Positions 56,921-64,000 of a stretch of DNA of 64,000 nucleotides are shown one piece after another. A program made the translations under genes and the position numbers. Location of the stretch: assembly GCF_009914755.1 (NCBI RefSeq), contig NC_060926.1, one strand, 5' to 3'. The stretch's first letter is position 1. Each line of letters begins with the position of its first letter. A model generated the notes under the pieces. That model was not told where the DNA came from, did not search any database, and saw only the letters and a program-made list of their open reading frames with translations. This stretch comes from the human T2T-CHM13v2.0 reference genome, Homo sapiens.

Positions 56921-58231
56921 ATAAAGGCTTTTGGGTGGAATATAGTGTATCAGCTCTCTATTTATTCAATGTTTATACACGTTTTTGTCTGCCTCCATAA
57001 ATCAAACTTGTACATCTGCTCACCTTTAATTTTTTTTTCACCATAAAGCTTAATCCCTATTGTGTAGAAGCAGCACCTAATATGCCTGCCAAGATGTGGT
57101 ATTAATATAGAAATGTGTATTAGGCTAGAGAGATAGAAGTAAGAAGATGATTTTTATTTTTAGCTTCTGTTAGCATAGAGACATATTTATAATAGTTTTT
57201 CTTGGCCTCATTCATCATATAATTTAGAAAAGGTCTTAACTATTTTTAAAAATTATGCAAGTAGTACAAAAGGGCAAAAAGTGAAAATGAAACTCCCTCT
57301 ATCCCCCCCATCCCCAGGAATAAGACAGTTACTTCTATTTAATATAGCATTCCAGAAACGTCCTATGTATTTGCAAGAATATATGTATACTTTACATAAA
57401 CCTATGGGCTCATTCTCTTATGTCTGCTGTGCACTTTGCCTTTTTCACCTAGTACCATATTATGGAGGTGACCTCCCTTGTCAGCACAGTAGAGTGCCTT
57501 CATTTTTTTTAGCACACAATGTTCTATAGTGTGGATGTGACCAGATTTATGTAAATCACTCCTCATCAGAGAACTTTAAGGCACTTTACAATGCATTCCT
57601 CCTTTTTCTTCTCTCCTCTCTGCAGCAAACCTGGCATGACCAGAGGACCTGTGGCTCTGAGTTGGGCCAGGCATTGCCCATTGATGGTAGATGCAGCAGA
57701 TGCAGCCATGAGGGATTTCCCAGAAGGAGCAACATTTCCCCAAGGCTGAGTTAGAGCCAGAGTCTGATCCTGTGACTGCCCCACCCTCAGCCCTCCCTGT
57801 GGTTAACCAGGAAGGTGGCTCATTGTTGGGTGGTTTGGCAAGTGTCTGAGAAAATTGCAAGGTGTAATGACCTCCTCTCTAGCTTGTGGCCACACACGAG
57901 GGTACCTATGCTAATTTTACAAGATGACAGCGGCAGCTTCTGTTCTTCAGCTCTGCGAGTTGGCTCCCTGGTGTTACTTTTTATTTTATTTTATTTTATT
58001 AATTTATTTATTTGAGACAGAGTCTCACTGTTTCGCCCAGGCTGGAGTGCAGTGGTGCAGTGGTGCAGTGGTATGATCTCTGCTGAATGTGCAACTTCTG
58101 CCTCCTGGGTTCAAGTGATTCTTGTGCCTCAGCCTCCTGAGTAGCTGGGGTTACAGGCATGTGCCACCGTGCCCAGCTTTTTGTAATTTTTGTAGAGGCT
58201 GCCTTTCCAGACAGTCTTATTTCAAGTCTTT

Positions 58232-59377
<1,146 letters not shown>

Positions 59378-61013
59378 TAAACACAGCTCTGATACCCCCA
59401 TGATGGTATCTCTGGTCATCTAAGTGAAAAGGGGGTCCTTCATTTTTGCTGCATGCGTCACTAACCATTGTTCCCTCACTGGAGCCCTGGATGCTCTTGG
59501 AGGTGCTGGGATAGATAAGCTTTGTCTCTTCCATACTGGACCATCCTACCTCCCCCAAGCGAGGCTCAGCAGGTGCTGTATTCTTGGCCCATAGCAGGTA
59601 CTCAATATGTTTGTTGAAACAGTGAACCTGTCTGGTTCAATATCTGCTGTGGAGACTTGGACTTAGTTTCACAATTAAATTGCTAACTTTTTAAAAAAGT
59701 CATTCATTTATTTCCTGTGTTGCTGTTTGACTTCTGGGGATGCTTTCACATTAAAAAAAAATTGTCTTTTCAAATAGAGCCAGACATGGCAGCTTGTGCC
59801 TGTAGTCCCAGCTACTGGGGAAGCTGAGGCTGCAGGATTACTTGAGCCCAGGAATTTGAGTCCAAAATAGTGAGACCCCTTCTCTAAAACAAAACAAAAC
59901 AAAACAAAACAAAACATAACAAAACACCCTTCCCCCAATCCCCTAGTAGATCTTAAAACCATCAGATCTTAGGGGATGTAACTGCAGGAACAGGTTGTAT
60001 GTAAGTCTAAAATGTTTTATAAATTCTAAAGTCAGAGGAAAAAAAAAATGTAAAAAGACCTCAGGAAATAGCATCTTGCCCTGTGAGGGGTTGGGCCAAT
60101 CCCCATCTTACTGTGATATATTTTTGGGTCCTGGAAGCCCTCCTGAGTGTCTCTCCAGCATAAGGAAGAAGCTGCAATTATGACTACAATGGCACTACTT
60201 TATCTCCCTAGGCTGAGCACAGAGATCTCAGGGAGGCTGAGGGGCAGGCGGAGCAATGCACGTGGGCGTGGGCTGTGTACTGGAATGTGCGCCATAAAAA
60301 AGGTTCTGTTTGTTTTCTTTCTTGATACAGATGCAAATGGAAGCCCTTGAGGCCTTTGTTAAAGCAGACATTTACTCCTGGGGTTCTCTGTCTGGGACAC
60401 TGCCTCCTTCTGCTCCCTGTATGATGCCTGAAACATGCCACAAAAACAGTCTTTGGCTTTTGATTGTCTTCTGAAAACACTCCAACCCCTTTATGTGGAT
60501 TTTTGAGACCTCCCCCACCAACCCAACTCTGGCTCTGATAATAGTTAGAATGGTAAGTCTAGAAAGCGACAGGAAAATCTGTTTTCTATTCTTACAAGTG
60601 GAAAGGATCTTGATTTCTCTTATTTCCACAGACCTCTCGCAAAATTTCTGTGACTTCTATTTGGAGACCAATTTCTGTTTATGATAGCTCTCCCCTTAGG
60701 GAAGTTCTAATTGACCTTCGCATCTTCACTTTCTTTATGAAACCCATCATGTGGTTTAGGGCCTTTTCCCTTTATTTATTCTTTTAAGACCTTATACGTA
60801 ACTAAACTTTTTTTCCCCTCTAGAAAAAAGTACATGCTCATTAAAGAAAATTAGGAAAAACAAATAAGTTTAATGAAAATAAAACCGGTCATAATTTTAA
60901 AACACTTTAAAAATATTTTGGGGTATTTATTTTTGAATATTATTACTTAATTATTATTTTCACACTGGTTTGTATCTTGCTTTCTTCTGTACTCAGCTTG
61001 ACATTTGAGAGCA

Positions 61014-61328
61014 TTTTCTTTTTTTCTTTTTGAGACCGGGCTCTCACTCTGTTGCCTAGGCTGGAGTGCAGTGATGCAATCATGGCTCACTGCAGCCTTG
61101 ATTGCATCACTGCAGCCTTGACCTCCTGGGCTCATACGATCCTCTCACCTCAGCCTCCCCAAGTAGCTGGGACTACAGGTGTGTGCCATCACACCTGGCT
61201 AATTTTTGTATTTTTTGTGGAGACGGGGGTCTCATCTTGTTGCCCAGGCTGGTCTTCAACTCCTGGTCTCAAGCAATCCACTAGCCTCGGCCTCCCAAAG
61301 TGGTAGGTGTGAGCCACTGTGCCTGGTC
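61014..61328 (-). mobile_element. AluJ with short internal duplication
   Basis: tcactgcagccttga repeated. Confidence 0.9.
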
Positions 61329-61544
61329 AAGAGTGTTTTCCACCTCAATAAGATACTTTATTAACACTTTAGATGTTGCAGAGTGTTCAATCCATGAGAA
61401 GTTGTATGGCTTACTTTAAACTTTCCCCTTTTGCTAGACATTTAGATAGTTTTCATGCTTGCAACTAAATCTTTGCTTTTTCTCTTTCCTTAAGATTCAG
61501 TCTCAAAATTGGATTACTAGGTGAGAGAGAATAGCAGTCTTTTT

Positions 61545-62705
61545 ATATTGCGATAAAATATACGTAACATAAAACTTGCTATTTTAGCCATTTTTAAGTG
61601 TACTGTTCAGTGGCATTAAGTATATTCATATTATTCAACAATCATTACCATCATCTATCCCCATAACTTTTTCCATCTTCTCAAACTGAAACACTATACC
61701 AATTAAACAATAACTCCCCATTTCCTTCTTTCCCCAGCCCCTGGCAAGCACCATTCTACTTTTTGTCTCTGTGAATTTGACTACTTCACATAAGTGGAAT
61801 CACACAATGTTTGTGCTTTTGTAACTGGCTTATTTCACTTAGCATAATGTCTTCAAGGTTCATCCATGTTGTAGAATGTGTCAGAATTTCACTCCTTTTT
61901 AGGATGAATGATATTCCATTGTATGTATGTACCATGAATGGATATTTAGATTGTTTTCACCTGTTGGCTATTGTGAATAATGCTGCTATGAACATTAGTG
62001 TACAAATATCCAGGCCCTTACTTTCAATTCATTCACCCAAAAGTCACAACACTTCCTCTTAAGTAAAAAGTGTATACCCAAAAGTAGAGTTGCTGGAACA
62101 GATGGTAATTCTATGTTTAATTTATCCATGAACCTCCACACTGTTTTCCACAGTGGCTGCACCATTTCCCATTCTCTCCAGCGTCGTATGAGGGTTCCAA
62201 TTGCTCCATATGCTTGCCAATACTTGTTATTTTGTGTGTGTTTTATATTTTTTTGGTAGTAGCCTTTCTAATAGGTGTGAAGTGATATCTCATTGTGGTT
62301 TTGATTAGCGTTTCCCTAATAATTAATGATATCGAGCATCTTTTCATGTGCTTATTGACATCTGTATATCTTCTTTGAAGAAATGTTTATTCAATTTTTT
62401 TTTTTTGAGACATGGTCTTGCTCTGTCACCCAGGCTAAAGTACAGGAGTGCCATCATGGTTCACTGCAGCCTTGACCTCCTGGGTCCAAGTGATCTTCCC
62501 TTCTCAGCCTCCCAAGTAGTTGGGACACAGGCATGCACCACCACACCTGGCTAAATTTTTTATTTTGTGTAGAGACTGGGTCTTGCTGTATTGTCCAGGC
62601 TGGTCTTGAACTCCTGGGCTCGAGTGATTCCCTTGCCTTGGCCTCCCAAAATGCTGGGATTATAGGTGGGAGCCACTGAGCCTGGCCTAAGTTTTTTGCC
62701 CATTT
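61545..62705 (-). mobile_element. L1MB 3' end with inserted AluJ (~62395-62687)
   Basis: Old L1 3'UTR motifs (cagcccctggcaagcaccattctactt). Confidence 0.8.
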
Positions 62706-63264
62706 ATTCACCAAGACATTTGCATGTATAAATTTAATATTTAAGAGATTAAAATGTATAACACAAACATTCATATAAATGAGAAATGGACATATTAAAA
62801 AGCATATTAGATAGCATTAAACTATTATAACATCAAACTTCTGGTATACAACAAATAATGAATATAGAGAGTGTTAAATACCTTTATTAGAAAGTTTGAT
62901 GAGAATCAGGTAAACGAACAGAATTTATGACAGGTAAACATAGTGTACATGTTATTTTTAAATTCCAGACAAAAGCATTTAAAAGAAAAATTTTAGGCCT
63001 AAAAATGTCAGTAACTTCATGAAAGTAGAAATCTAACAGACCATATTTTCTAAACTCTGTGAAATGACAGTTGAAATGTCAGTGAAATGAAATCAACAAG
63101 TAATATCTAGCCACATGCAAGTTTTATTTAAGATCAACTTAAATAACTATTGGGTTAATGTGAAAATTAAAGCAAAGAATATTTTACAAAGTCATGGAAG
63201 TACTTAAGAGGAAGTCTTGTGACTGGAGTGAAAAGACTTTAATTCATCTAATTACTTCTTTTTT

Positions 63265-64000
63265 AAAAAAATTCAATTTTATTTTGGGTTCAGAGGTACA
63301 CATGCAGGTTTGTTACATGGATATGTTGTATAATGCTGAGGTTTGGGGTAGAAATGATCCTGCTACCCAGATAGTGAGCATAGTACCCAATAGGTAGTTT
63401 TTCCAAGTCTCTCTCCCCTCCCTCCCTCTGTAGTAGTTGCCAGTGTCCATTGTTTCCATATGTGTACTCAATATTTAGTTCCCACTTGTAAGTGAGAACA
63501 TGCAGTATTTGGTTTTCTGTTCCTGTCTTAATTCACTTAGGATAATGGCCTCCATCTGATTCCATGTTGCTGCAAAGGACATGATTTCATTCTTTTTTAT
63601 GGCTGCATAATATTCTATGGTGTATATGTGCCATGTTTCCTTTGTCCAATCTACTACTAATGGGCATCTAGATTGATTCCATGTCTTTGCTATTATGAGT
63701 AGGGCGGTGACGAACACACAAGTGCATGTGTCTTTTGGTTGAATGATTTATTTTCTTTTGGGTATACACCCAGTAATGGGACTGCTGGGTCAAATGGTAG
63801 TTCTGTTTTCAGTTCTTTGAGAAATCTCCAAACTGCTTTCCATAGAGGTTGTACTAATTTACATTCCCACCAACAGTGCACAAGCATTCCCCTTTCTCTG
63901 CAACCTCACCAACATCTGTTATTTTTTGACTTTTTAGTAATAGTCATTCCGATTAGTGTGAGATGGTATCTCATTGTGGTTTTGATTTGCATCTCTCTAA
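63265..64000 (-). mobile_element. L1PA13-16-like 3' end, runs off the window
   Basis: ORF2 C-terminus [26 protein letters not shown] plus 3'UTR. Confidence 0.9.

Overview
Primate (most likely human) genomic DNA, very repeat-rich: about 45 Alus, L1 fragments of many ages, Tigger1/Tigger3, hAT MITEs and MaLR/ERV LTRs. I see no intact protein-coding gene and no prokaryotic-type system. Main non-routine content: (1) a chain of minus-strand segments with splice sites and protein-like frames, starting in a CpG island at ~50.8-51.3 kb. They join largely phase-consistently into a decayed ORF of roughly 400+ aa that I cannot name (candidate unitary pseudogene). (2) A ~2 kb processed retrocopy that I recognise as the lncRNA OIP5-AS1 (Cyrano), inserted in sense inside the 5' LTR of a full-length THE1A, downstream of a consensus DUX4 motif. 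(3) A U13 snoRNA retropseudogene inside a MER1. (4) Three short segments copied from sequence <2 kb away, plus an L1MC split around one putative exon. Repeat subfamilies and the OIP5-AS1 identity come from recalled consensus/transcript sequence, not database searches; boundaries without TSDs are approximate.
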